The notes below the pieces were generated by a model. The model saw nothing but the letters and a program-made list of their open reading frames with translations. It had not been told where the DNA came from and did no database searches. Shown one piece after another: positions 9,196 through 18,149 of a stretch of DNA of 49,673 nucleotides (positions within the stretch are counted from its first letter, which is position 1; every line of letters begins with the position of its first letter). The position numbers were made by a program, and so were the translations under genes. Origin of the DNA: a virus (taxonomy: Duplodnaviria > Caudoviricetes); IMG/VR virus record IMGVR_UViG_3300005805_000128, positions 1 through 49,673 of that record. The stretch is one strand, 5' to 3'.

Positions 9196-10738
9196 AGAAG
9201 TAATAGCACATATCGACAATCTTGATAAGGCTGAAAAAAGAACTAAAGTTGACGCATTTAATACAGATGCAGAATTAGTAAAATCTTATGACGGACTAAG
9301 TCATAATTTTAAAAGAAGAATTAATAGAATTGTAAACAAAGCATTTACTGGAGTAGATGATACAAAGTCTAAACAACTGTTTCCAGAGCAAGACATGGTT
9401 ACAGCATACGGACTATTTGATATTGTTATTCCACCATATAATCTAGATGAATTAGCATATTTTTATGAAAACTCATTTGCCAATCATGCTGCGATTTCCG
9501 CCAAGGTTTCAAATATCGTTGGATTAGGCTATGGTTTTGAAATAACTGACGCAACACTTGCCAGATTAGAAGAGGCACCTAATGAAGAATCTTTATTAAG
9601 AGCACAAAGAAAAATTCAAAGATCAAAAGCGTCTCTTACAGAATGGTTAGAAAGTTTAAATGATGAAGATACCTTTTCTCATATTCTTGAAAAAGCATAT
9701 ATAGATGCCGAAAGCACAGGAAATGGATACATTGAAATTGGTAGAAAAACAAATGGTGAAATAGGATATATTGGACACATTCCAGCAACTACAATTCGAG
9801 TTCGCCGTATGCGTGATGGATACGTTCAAATAGTAAACCAAAGAGTTGTATATTTTAGAAATTTTCAAGGTGTAAATGTAAATCCTATTACTAGCGATCC
9901 AAGACCAAATGAATTAATTCATATTAAAAAGTATTCTCCAAAGAACTCCTATTACGGCATTCCAGATACAGTTTCAGCAGCAACCTCCATGGTAGGAAAC
10001 GAATTGGCTGCTAAATATAATGTTGATTATTTTGAAAACAAAGCAGTCCCTAGATATATTGCAACACTAAAGGGTGCTAAGTTAAGTTCTGATGCTGAAG
10101 ATAAATTCTTTAGATTTATGCAGGCTGGATTAAAAGGTCAAAGCCATAGAACTTTGTATATTCCACTTCCTGGAGATGGTCCAGATAATAAAGTAGAATT
10201 TAAACTTGATCCAATTGAAAATGGTATTCAAGATGGATCATTTGAAAAGTATCGTAAATCAAATCGTGATGATATTTTAATGGCACATCAAGTTCCATAC
10301 TCTAAAGTTGGCGGAGGAGAAGGTGTTTCTATTGCATCAGCATTGGTAGCAGATAGAACATTTAAAGAGCAAGTTGCTAGACCAGCACAAAGAAACTTAG
10401 AAAAAACAATTAATAAGATTATAAAAGAAAAAACAGATATGCTTATTTTAAAATTTAACGAACTAACACTTACTGATGAAGATACACAAAGCAAGATAGA
10501 CGAAAGATATTTAAGAATGCAAGTTGTAGTTCCTAATGAAGTTCGTGAAAGATTGGGCTATCCAGCAAGACCTGGAGGTACAGATCCTATAGTAATTGGA
10601 GCACAGGCTAGGGCAGAACAAGCAGCCCAGGCTACTGGCAATAGAACTAGGGATCAAGAAAGAACCTCAAACGCATCAGACTCTACATCAACCACAACTG
10701 GTCGAAATCCACAAGGTGAGGGTAGAGCACAACAATAA
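9185..10738 (+). CDS. Portal protein (PBSX/HK97-like)
   Basis: TGNGYIEI, ELIHIK.YSP...YYGIP, YFENKAVP, ILMAHQVP and PNEVRE.LG motifs. Precedes protease and capsid. ATG 9185 preferred over the track start 9149. Confidence 0.92.
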   Translation: MEDKEVIAHIDNLDKAEKRTKVDAFNTDAELVKSYDGLSHNFKRRINRIVNKAFTGVDDTKSKQLFPEQDMVTAYGLFDIVIPPYNLDELAYFYENSFANHAAISAKVSNIVGLGYGFEITDATLARLEEAPNEESLLRAQRKIQRSKASLTEWLESLNDEDTFSHILEKAYIDAESTGNGYIEIGRKTNGEIGYIGHIPATTIRVRRMRDGYVQIVNQRVVYFRNFQGVNVNPITSDPRPNELIHIKKYSPKNSYYGIPDTVSAATSMVGNELAAKYNVDYFENKAVPRYIATLKGAKLSSDAEDKFFRFMQAGLKGQSHRTLYIPLPGDGPDNKVEFKLDPIENGIQDGSFEKYRKSNRDDILMAHQVPYSKVGGGEGVSIASALVADRTFKEQVARPAQRNLEKTINKIIKEKTDMLILKFNELTLTDEDTQSKIDERYLRMQVVVPNEVRERLGYPARPGGTDPIVIGAQARAEQAAQATGNRTRDQERTSNASDSTSTTTGRNPQGEGRAQQ

Positions 10739-10789
10739 GTGTTATAATATTTAAAACTGTCTATAAACACTTATTATAATAGAGGTAGC

Positions 10790-12184
10790 ATGACTAATTT
10801 ACATAAAGCCTTTTGGCACTCAGAAGATAACTCAATTAAGTTATCTATGCCAATCGCCAAGGTTAACAAAGAAAAACGCACAGTCTCTGGCTTTGCGACC
10901 CTTGACAATGTTGATAAACAACAGGACATAGTTCCTACAGACGTTAGCGTCAAAGCCTTTGAACGATTTAGAGGCAACCTTCGTGAAATGCACATGCCTA
11001 TTGCAGTCGGAAGGGTAGTATCATTTAAATCAGATAGATTTTATGATCAAGAAACAGACAAATTTTATAATGGGGTATACGTAGATGCATACATTTCTAA
11101 AGGTGCTCAAGATACTTGGGAAAAAGTTCTTGATGGCACTCTTTCTGGCTTTTCTATTGGTGGTAATATCAAGGATGCTGAACAAATGCTTGACCCCGAA
11201 ATGGATAAAACAATTCGTGTTATTAAAGACTATGACTTAACTGAACTTTCATTGGTAGACAATCCAGCCAATCAATTTGCAAATATTATATCAATTGAAA
11301 AAATGGCCGATGGTCAAAACAAAATTGATGGTATCATTAGTAAAGTAGATTTAGAAAACGTATATTGGTGCGACTCAGATTCACTAATTAGACTTTCTAA
11401 AGAAGAAGATTCATCATGCCCATCATGTGATAAAAACATGATAAACATTGGGTTTGTTGAATCAAATGATACAGAAAAGAATTCTGTGATAAAAGGTTTA
11501 TTAGATTCACAGAAAAATAGACTTGGTGAAACAGTAGCCAAGGCTGACAATCCTATTAAGGAGGGGAATATTATGGCAGATCAAAAATTAGAAAAATCTG
11601 AAGGTACTGAAGAAGTAGCAGAAGCAGCAGTAGTTGAAGCACCAGTTGCAGAAACTCCAGCAGCAGAAGCACCTGTAACAGATGCACCAAAAGCAGAAGC
11701 ACCAGCAGAAGCAGCAGCAGAAGCACCAGCCGAGGCACCAGCCGAAGCACCAGCAGAAGCAGCAGCAGAAGCACCAGCAGAAGCAGAGGCACCTGTAGAA
11801 AAAGCAGCAGAACCTAAGATTGAAAATGCCACCACTCCTGCCGAAGAAGCACCTGCTGATTTGGCAAAGGCTGTAGATACAGTACAAGAATCTATTGATG
11901 AGGTTCAAAATACAGTTGCTTCAGCACTTGGAGACTTAGTGACAACAGTAAAGTCATTAAATGACAAAGTGGCAGAATTACAAAAAAGCATTGCTTCCGC
12001 TAAAGAGGAACTTGCAGGAATCAAAGGCAATGTAGAAGAGTTTGGAAAGCGAGTTGACTCATTAGAAGATGACTCCGCTGTCCGTAAATCTGGCGACCTT
12101 GGCGGGCTCGTACAGGAAACACAAATAACAAAAAAATCGATGTGGGGCGGGCGTTTCCTCAATTCCGCTGACCTATATCGTTAA
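10790..12184 (+). CDS. Prohead maturation protease fused to scaffold
   Basis: HK97-like protease motifs (VSGFA...D.Q.D, REMH, GFSIGG, ELSLVD.PAN), then an Ala/Glu/Pro linker and a coiled-coil C-terminus. Confidence 0.9.
   Translation: MTNLHKAFWHSEDNSIKLSMPIAKVNKEKRTVSGFATLDNVDKQQDIVPTDVSVKAFERFRGNLREMHMPIAVGRVVSFKSDRFYDQETDKFYNGVYVDAYISKGAQDTWEKVLDGTLSGFSIGGNIKDAEQMLDPEMDKTIRVIKDYDLTELSLVDNPANQFANIISIEKMADGQNKIDGIISKVDLENVYWCDSDSLIRLSKEEDSSCPSCDKNMINIGFVESNDTEKNSVIKGLLDSQKNRLGETVAKADNPIKEGNIMADQKLEKSEGTEEVAEAAVVEAPVAETPAAEAPVTDAPKAEAPAEAAAEAPAEAPAEAPAEAAAEAPAEAEAPVEKAAEPKIENATTPAEEAPADLAKAVDTVQESIDEVQNTVASALGDLVTTVKSLNDKVAELQKSIASAKEELAGIKGNVEEFGKRVDSLEDDSAVRKSGDLGGLVQETQITKKSMWGGRFLNSADLYR
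11573..12184 (+). CDS. Nested in-frame scaffold protein from an internal start
   Basis: TAAGGAGG (11557-11564) 8 nt before the in-frame ATG 11573 (MADQKLEKSEG...). Confidence 0.7.
   Translation: MADQKLEKSEGTEEVAEAAVVEAPVAETPAAEAPVTDAPKAEAPAEAAAEAPAEAPAEAPAEAAAEAPAEAEAPVEKAAEPKIENATTPAEEAPADLAKAVDTVQESIDEVQNTVASALGDLVTTVKSLNDKVAELQKSIASAKEELAGIKGNVEEFGKRVDSLEDDSAVRKSGDLGGLVQETQITKKSMWGGRFLNSADLYR
11614..11800 (+). repeat. Coding tandem repeats (GCAGAAGCACCA-like) encoding (AEAP/AEAA)n
   Basis: Imperfect 12-nt repeats visible directly within the scaffold region. Confidence 0.85.
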
Positions 12185-12207
12185 TTCACTGGGAGGTGAA
12201 ATATAAA

Positions 12208-13188
12208 ATGGCAGATGAAATTTTAGAAAAGGCTGCAGCAACAGGCTCAATTGTATCTGGTGGAATTGGTGGAGTCACCAACCCAGCAGCAGGAGACCTT
12301 GGTGTAGTAGGTGCTACCACAAATGATGGTGGTATTCTTTCACCAGAACAATCACGTCAATTCATCGAATATATTTTCGAACAACAAGTATTGGCTCGTG
12401 ATGGTCGCCGTGTAACAATGCGTACAAACGCAGCAGAACTAGAAAAACTAAACGTTGGCGAACGTGTAATTCGTGCCGCTGCACAAGCAGATGCAACATA
12501 CACCAACGCAGGCGTAACTTTCACAAAAGTCGAACTTTCTACAAAGAAAATTCGTCTTGATTGGGAAGTATCAACAGAAGCACTCGAAGATAACTTGGAA
12601 GGTGCAGGATTAGAAGATCATTTAGTTCGTGTAATGACTCGTGCATTCGCAAACGATCTTGAAGATCTTGCAATTAACGGAACTGGTTCAGGTTCCAACT
12701 CATTCCTAAACATCATGGAAGGCTTTGTTGCAAAAGAAAACAATTCAACAAACACTGCAACATTCGGTACAACTATCGAAGATTTGCAAGCACTTGTGTT
12801 AGCAATGCCACGTAAATACCGTGCATCACGTGCTAGCATGAAGTTCTATGCAGATACAGAAACAGTATCGAACATCATCAATGGTCTTGGATCAACAGGA
12901 AACATGAACAGCGAAAGAATCGTTGAACGTGTTATCGCTGGTACAGAACCACAAATACTTGGTGCTCCAATTGCGTACCGTGTATTAGGTCTTCCTTTAT
13001 TGGAAGTTCCTTTGATGCCAGCAAACCGTGTTGTCTTGACATTCCCAGAAAATCGTATTTGGGGATTCCAACGTGATATCACAGTTCATCGTGAATTCCA
13101 ACCTAAGAAAGACACAGTAGAATATACTGTATTCTTACGTTTTGGTGTTCAAATCGAAGAAACTGATGCAATCGCACGTACAGCATAA
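12208..13188 (+). CDS. Major capsid protein (HK97 fold)
   Basis: GGILSPEQ...FI, LSTKKIRLDWEVSTEALEDN, FANDLEDLAING. GGGAGGTG RBS before ATG 12208. Followed by a terminator. Confidence 0.93.
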   Translation: MADEILEKAAATGSIVSGGIGGVTNPAAGDLGVVGATTNDGGILSPEQSRQFIEYIFEQQVLARDGRRVTMRTNAAELEKLNVGERVIRAAAQADATYTNAGVTFTKVELSTKKIRLDWEVSTEALEDNLEGAGLEDHLVRVMTRAFANDLEDLAINGTGSGSNSFLNIMEGFVAKENNSTNTATFGTTIEDLQALVLAMPRKYRASRASMKFYADTETVSNIINGLGSTGNMNSERIVERVIAGTEPQILGAPIAYRVLGLPLLEVPLMPANRVVLTFPENRIWGFQRDITVHREFQPKKDTVEYTVFLRFGVQIEETDAIARTA

Positions 13189-13200
13189 TTTGCTTTACAA

Positions 13201-13241
13201 AAAAATAGAGGGGAACAGAAATGTTCCCCTCTTCTATTTTT
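13201..13241 (+). terminator. Rho-independent terminator after the capsid gene
   Basis: AGAGGGGAACA-gaaa-TGTTCCCCTCT, then TCTATTTTT. Confidence 0.85.
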
Positions 13242-13246
13242 ATAGA

Positions 13247-13255
13247 TGATATAAT
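13247..13255 (+). promoter_or_regulatory. Extended -10 promoter for the connector genes
   Basis: TGATATAAT directly after the terminator, then an AGAGG RBS. Confidence 0.65.
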
Positions 13256-13272
13256 ATTTTAGAGGTGCATTA

Positions 13273-14148
13273 ATGGAAATTTTAAGATTGAATAATTCAA
13301 CTTCATTATCAGCATCCTTCTCTGGATTAACTGCTAGTGGTTCTTATACATTAGATTTAGATGACCTAATAACTTCAAATTCATACTCAGCAAGTGCTGT
13401 TGCAAATGCATCTGGAGTTGCAACCTTTATACTACCAAGTTATTATTTAACCTACACAGGATCCTTGGCTGCCTCAGTTAAAGATAATTCAGATGATATA
13501 GTAAATATTACAAACATAGATGTTGTAAGACCATATTGCAATATATCATCTATTGCCTCATTATTGAGTATTAAAAATTCAGAAGCCATAGAATATGAAA
13601 GAATTGCAAGATATATTATAGAATCACATACTGGGCCATTCACCTATATGAGAAAACAAAAAGAATTTATTGGAGATGGATCGGATCAACTTTTATTAGA
13701 CGAAACTATTAACAACTTATATAAAGTTTATGAAAACGAACAATTGATGTATGATTCTCAAGCACAAATAAATGAAGTAGAATATAAAATTAATAAGCAG
13801 TTAAATGCCATAGTTGTAGATATTCCAGAGGGTACAAATAGAATTAACTATCCTAAAGTGTGGAGAGATAGATTTCTAGATATAGATTTCTTTGATGGAT
13901 ATGAATATCTAGTAGATGGCGATTATGGTTGGAGGGTAATTCCACAAGATATTCAAGAGGCATCTCAACTACTAATACAAGACATAGTTGATGATAATTT
14001 AAGATATATCAATAAATATATAGAGTCATTTGATAATGATGATTTCAAAATTAAGTTTGCTAAAAACTGGACAGCAACTACAGGAAACCGTGTAGTAGAT
14101 AGAATACTAGAAAAGTATCAAAAGCCAATTCGTGTCGGGGTGTTGTAA
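13273..14148 (+). CDS. Head-tail adaptor/connector with an N-terminal Ser/Ala-rich beta domain
   Basis: Position after the capsid gene. YGW..IP.DI.EA..L and TGN..VD.IL.KY motifs. Confidence 0.7.
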   Translation: MEILRLNNSTSLSASFSGLTASGSYTLDLDDLITSNSYSASAVANASGVATFILPSYYLTYTGSLAASVKDNSDDIVNITNIDVVRPYCNISSIASLLSIKNSEAIEYERIARYIIESHTGPFTYMRKQKEFIGDGSDQLLLDETINNLYKVYENEQLMYDSQAQINEVEYKINKQLNAIVVDIPEGTNRINYPKVWRDRFLDIDFFDGYEYLVDGDYGWRVIPQDIQEASQLLIQDIVDDNLRYINKYIESFDNDDFKIKFAKNWTATTGNRVVDRILEKYQKPIRVGVL

Positions 14149-14604
14149 ATGTTGCCTCGCCTAGGCCTAGATGATATTTTATATCCAATGACTGCTGAAT
14201 TATATTATGCAGATACAAAACAAGATGAACTCGGATCTATGAAAAAATCCTGGGTATATGATAGAACAATTAAATGCTCTGCAATATCTCAAATGTCAGA
14301 TAAAACAACTCTTACTGGAGAAAATGTAAATACTAAATCTATGTTTGAATTAAACTCAGATGCTATTTTAAGAACTAGTGAAAATGTACAAAAGAAAAAA
14401 AATGGTACATTTTATCCAATTACTGAAATACTTATTACTGATATTAAAGACTCAAATGGAGACTATGTGTGGGAAGAAGTACTAGGCAAAAGAGTTCAAT
14501 TTGAAATTAAGACATTTGTGCCAGGGTATGGAGAAAATCATGCCGTTCAATTTTATAGAGCATATCTAGCAAGATCAAAGAAACAATATGAGGTATTATA
14601 CTAA
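14149..14604 (+). CDS. Putative head closure/stopper protein
   Basis: Synteny and size. Confidence 0.55.
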   Translation: MLPRLGLDDILYPMTAELYYADTKQDELGSMKKSWVYDRTIKCSAISQMSDKTTLTGENVNTKSMFELNSDAILRTSENVQKKKNGTFYPITEILITDIKDSNGDYVWEEVLGKRVQFEIKTFVPGYGENHAVQFYRAYLARSKKQYEVLY

Positions 14605-15296
14605 TGATTAGTGTTAATTTTAATACAAAGAAAATGACTAAAACAATAAATAATATTATCAACTATTCTGATGGCTATATCGAAGAAAGTAAAAAGAATG
14701 AAAAAAAGATAGCAAATAAGATGGCTAAAATTAGCGTTACAACATTTTATCAATACCTTGATGGACTAGCAAGATTACATCCAGATATGCTACATCATGT
14801 ATATGAATGGGATCAAGTAGGAAGCCAAGCAGGAAGACTTTACGAATTAAAGACAATTGCCATAGGTAGAGGTGTTGGGGTTGGAGCAGAATTCTTAGAT
14901 TCAACATCAATAAAAGATGGTTCTTCTGAGCCATTCTACGATAAAGCATCTATTATGGAGTATGGGCAAACAGTTACTGTTACAGAAAAAGAAGCACAAT
15001 CTTTGTTTTTTGAAATTGATGGCATTGAGTATTTTAGAAAGGGTCCTATAACCATCGCTAATCCTGGCGGAGAGGCCGTCAGAGGCTCTTTTGTTAGGGC
15101 CTTTAACGAATTCTACTCAAACTATTTTTCAGAGGTTTATTTAAGGTCTATAGGCTTTTATAAGCAACTACAAGAAGGTAAAGAATATAGAAAGAATATT
15201 AAAGTAGCCTCAAAAAGTGCTAATCCCAGAACCCTTGGTAAAAACTCTGCTATGCAATGGGTAGCCAATATTCCAGGAGATGATTTCATTGGCTAG
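14604..15296 (+). CDS. Putative neck / tail completion protein
   Basis: Synteny; translationally coupled (TAATG). Confidence 0.5.
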   Translation: MISVNFNTKKMTKTINNIINYSDGYIEESKKNEKKIANKMAKISVTTFYQYLDGLARLHPDMLHHVYEWDQVGSQAGRLYELKTIAIGRGVGVGAEFLDSTSIKDGSSEPFYDKASIMEYGQTVTVTEKEAQSLFFEIDGIEYFRKGPITIANPGGEAVRGSFVRAFNEFYSNYFSEVYLRSIGFYKQLQEGKEYRKNIKVASKSANPRTLGKNSAMQWVANIPGDDFIG

Positions 15297-15891
15297 TCCT
15301 ATATTATTACCAGATATAAAAGATCCACACCTTTGGAGCATGTCTGCTAGTGTGGCAGCAGAAGATGTTACACTTAATATTCTTAAATATGCCTTTAACG
15401 AACTTATACAGTTAGATGGTTTTGAGCAGTATGGTCAAATTAAAGACTCTAATGGATTGATGGTTGTTCCAATTTATCCAGTAACTAATGCTGGAACCAG
15501 GCTGCCTGAAGTTACAGTTCCAAATGAACTAGTTATAATTTATGATGATTTTATAAAAGCCAGATCTGGAAACATGAAATATTTCTACCCAATTAAAGGT
15601 GTTCAATCAAGATTTAAAGTAACAACAGATGACTATGCTGTCACTAGGTTAATAACAAATAGGCTTGTTGAAATTATAGATAGAGAGGATGAAGCGGCAT
15701 CAGATATTAACAGTTTTATGAGAACATACTATAATGGCTACCATAGAATAATGCTTCATTGTGTAAATGCCTATCAAACTACCTATGTTAAAGATGCTAC
15801 AACAATAGATGATCAAAGAAATGTTTTTTCTCAAGATATCATTATTAAGGCTGACTATCATCTAAAAGCAATAGATTCAAAATATCAATAA
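15280..15891 (+). CDS. Putative tail terminator (TTG 15289 is an alternative start)
   Basis: Immediately upstream of the tail tube gene. Confidence 0.5.
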   Translation: MISLASPILLPDIKDPHLWSMSASVAAEDVTLNILKYAFNELIQLDGFEQYGQIKDSNGLMVVPIYPVTNAGTRLPEVTVPNELVIIYDDFIKARSGNMKYFYPIKGVQSRFKVTTDDYAVTRLITNRLVEIIDREDEAASDINSFMRTYYNGYHRIMLHCVNAYQTTYVKDATTIDDQRNVFSQDIIIKADYHLKAIDSKYQ

Positions 15892-15898
15892 ATAGGTA

Positions 15899-15951
15899 TA
15901 TAATTAGTATTGAGGATACGCCCCCACTATCAAACAATAGGGAGGTAAAAT
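15899..15951 (+). promoter_or_regulatory. Tail-tube promoter (-10 TATAAT) and structured 5' leader
   Basis: TATAAT 15899-15904. CCCCCACTAT (15921-15930) can pair with ATAGGGAGG (15937-15945), which contains the RBS. Confidence 0.55.
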
Positions 15952-16617
15952 ATGGCTTACACTCGTGGAGATTCAAAAAAGATCATTGTAGGTGCTGCCG
16001 CATTATTCATTGGTGATTATTCACTAGAATGGTACGATGGCGTTTCTGCATATAGATTTTCTGCCGCAGCAGCAAGTGCAAACGGTGCACCAGCATACGT
16101 AAGTGGTACAAGTTATAAAGAAACTTTATCATCTGACGCATACTGGACAAACGTTGGCTACACCATGAATGGTTTGGAAATGCAATTCCAACCAGACTTT
16201 GGTGAAGTTCAAGTTGACCAATTGCTAGACGTTGCTCGTTTGTTTAAGCAAGGTATGTCCGTAAGTTTAGTAACCGCTTTTGGTGAAGCATCTTTGGAAA
16301 ATCTTGTAACAGCAATCGCAGGAGATGATGACGACCTAACAGGTTCTTCATCTACATCTAACGGACAAGTTCTTGAATTGAAGTCAGGAGACATTGGTGA
16401 CGTACCATTGGAACGAGCAATCGTTGCAGTTGGTCCAGGAACTGGTGACCCAAATGCTTCTAAAGAACGCATCTATGTTGCAAACCGTGCACTTTCAATT
16501 GAAAATGTTACAGTTTCTGCAAAACGTGATACACCTTCAATGTTCGAAGTAACTTTCCGTTTGCTCTCAGCATCAAACGGATCTTATGGTAAGATCGTTG
16601 ATCGTACAAACGCATAG
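15952..16617 (+). CDS. Major tail (tube) protein
   Basis: IIVGAAALF, VGYT.NGLE..FQPDFGEVQVDQLLD, FEVTFRLL. Strong GGAGG RBS and terminator downstream. Confidence 0.88.
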   Translation: MAYTRGDSKKIIVGAAALFIGDYSLEWYDGVSAYRFSAAAASANGAPAYVSGTSYKETLSSDAYWTNVGYTMNGLEMQFQPDFGEVQVDQLLDVARLFKQGMSVSLVTAFGEASLENLVTAIAGDDDDLTGSSSTSNGQVLELKSGDIGDVPLERAIVAVGPGTGDPNASKERIYVANRALSIENVTVSAKRDTPSMFEVTFRLLSASNGSYGKIVDRTNA

Positions 16618-16637
16618 TACAATTTCATAAACACTTA

Positions 16638-16666
16638 GCCCATCCCCTAGATAGGGGGTGGGTTTT
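16638..16666 (+). terminator. Rho-independent terminator after the tail tube gene
   Basis: GCCCATCCCCT-agat-AGGGGGTGGGT followed by TTT. Confidence 0.8.
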
Positions 16667-16667
16667 G

Positions 16668-16676
16668 TGCTACAAT
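16668..16676 (+). promoter_or_regulatory. Extended -10 promoter of the sugar cassette
   Basis: TGCTACAAT right after the terminator, then an AGAAAGG RBS. Confidence 0.6.
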
Positions 16677-16700
16677 AATTAATTAATAGAAAGGCATAGT

Positions 16701-17105
16701 ATGTCAATGTACCTGGGACAATTAGAAATATTAAGTCCAGGAGTAAATCACTCTACAGTAACAGATGGTAGAGGTGCAATATTAAGTTGGGTAACACAAG
16801 AAGACATTAAAGAATTTACAATGTTATATTTTTATCCACATCAAACTAGAGGCAATCATTATCATCCAGAATTTATAGAATACTTTTTAGTAACAGAAGG
16901 ATCGATATTACTAACAACACAAGATTTAGAAACTGGCAAACAATTAAGTATGGTTGGCGGAAGAGGATTCTGTTTTAGAACACCTCTTGGAGTACCACAT
17001 GCTACAAATGCTTTAGAGTTTTCAACATGCCTTTCATTATTAACCAAACCCTGGGATTCATGCGAAAGGCCAATAGTTCATCAACCATTAGTAGACCCTA
17101 AATGA
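16701..17105 (+). CDS. Cupin NDP-sugar epimerase/isomerase (RmlC / FdtA / CapF C-terminal-like)
   Basis: DGRG, TRGNHYH...EYFLV..G and TPLGVPHA cupin motifs. Confidence 0.8.
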   Translation: MSMYLGQLEILSPGVNHSTVTDGRGAILSWVTQEDIKEFTMLYFYPHQTRGNHYHPEFIEYFLVTEGSILLTTQDLETGKQLSMVGGRGFCFRTPLGVPHATNALEFSTCLSLLTKPWDSCERPIVHQPLVDPK

Positions 17106-17767
17106 AAGTAGGAGTTATAGGGGCTGGCGGGTATATAGGAAGTTCTATATATAATGTATTAAAAGACTATGACTCTACCCCTATATTTAGAAATACCATA
17201 ACTAAAGATGAATTTGATGTAATTATACATTCTGCAAATCCTGCTAAAAGATTTTATGCTAATACACATACAAAAGAAGATTTTGAAAATACTGTAAATA
17301 ATACTAAGAGGATACTATCTAAATACTCTGGAAAAATTATATTGATATCTAGCATATCTTGTAGAACTCAGTTAGATACCCCATACGGTGATCATAGAAA
17401 AATGTGCGAAGAACTTGTATTAGAAAAGGGTGGAGTAGTATTTAGAGTTGGACCTATATACGGAGGAAATAGAACCCAAGATATTATTCATGACATAGTC
17501 TATGGAAATAATGTTTATTATGATATAGATACAAAATCAGCCTATGTAAATGTAGACTGGATAGGTGAATATATTTGTAAAAGTATAGATAGGCCTGGAG
17601 GGGTATATGAAATAGGTGCAAATAATACCGTGTCCTTAAGAGATATAGCAGAAGCAGTTAATTCTAAATCAACTTTTGATGGGCCTAATGATGATCAATA
17701 CCCTATAAATTTTAATGATGGCCCAGATGCAAAATTAGCAATAGAGTATGCTAAATCCTTAATTTAA
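17102..17767 (+). CDS. NAD(P)-dependent NDP-sugar epimerase/reductase (extended SDR)
   Basis: GAGGYIG Rossmann motif, DVIIHSA, ISSIS, PYGDHRK, R..PIYG. Confidence 0.82.
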   Translation: MKVGVIGAGGYIGSSIYNVLKDYDSTPIFRNTITKDEFDVIIHSANPAKRFYANTHTKEDFENTVNNTKRILSKYSGKIILISSISCRTQLDTPYGDHRKMCEELVLEKGGVVFRVGPIYGGNRTQDIIHDIVYGNNVYYDIDTKSAYVNVDWIGEYICKSIDRPGGVYEIGANNTVSLRDIAEAVNSKSTFDGPNDDQYPINFNDGPDAKLAIEYAKSLI

Positions 17768-17777
17768 GCCTGTTTTA

Positions 17778-17786
17778 TGCTATAAT
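17778..17786 (+). promoter_or_regulatory. Extended -10 promoter for the chaperone/tape-measure operon
   Basis: TGCTATAAT, then a TAAGGAGG RBS before ATG 17814. Confidence 0.7.
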
Positions 17787-17813
17787 TTTTAATAGAGTCT
17801 TAAGGAGGCTTAG

Positions 17814-18149
17814 ATGGCAACAAGCGTTTATGAAGTTGTAGAGATCGAATTACAAGACGGAACTAAAGTAGAAATGAAACCTCTTAAAATCAAAATTTTG
17901 AGAGATTTTATGAAAGAGTTTCAAAAAATTTCTGATGAAAAGATATCAGAAGATAATATTAAATCAATGGATTTACTATTAGATTGTGCAGTAATAGCAA
18001 TGAAACAATACAAACCAGAGTTAGCAGATAAAGATAAACTGGAAGATGTTGTTGATTTACCTACTGTATATAAAATAATTGAAGTGGCTGCGGGTATTAA
18101 GTTGAACGACCCAAACGCACTAGCGGCGGCTCTAGTTGGGACGAACTAG
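17814..18149 (+). CDS. Tail assembly chaperone (gpG-like)
   Basis: Between tail tube and tape measure, with a slippery site near the 3' end. Confidence 0.85.
   Translation: MATSVYEVVEIELQDGTKVEMKPLKIKILRDFMKEFQKISDEKISEDNIKSMDLLLDCAVIAMKQYKPELADKDKLEDVVDLPTVYKIIEVAAGIKLNDPNALAAALVGTN

Noticed and set aside
11571-11908. Three overlapping minus-strand ORFs (poly-Leu, Ala/Ser, Cys/Phe-rich) and the repeat as a possible array
   Set aside because: They are shadows of the AEAP-coding repeats on the + strand, and there are no unique spacers.
10763-16637. Shared 11-mer ATAAACACTTA in two intergenic regions (~10763 and ~16627)
   Set aside because: AT-rich, only two copies, and at different distances from the -10 boxes. 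Compatible with chance.
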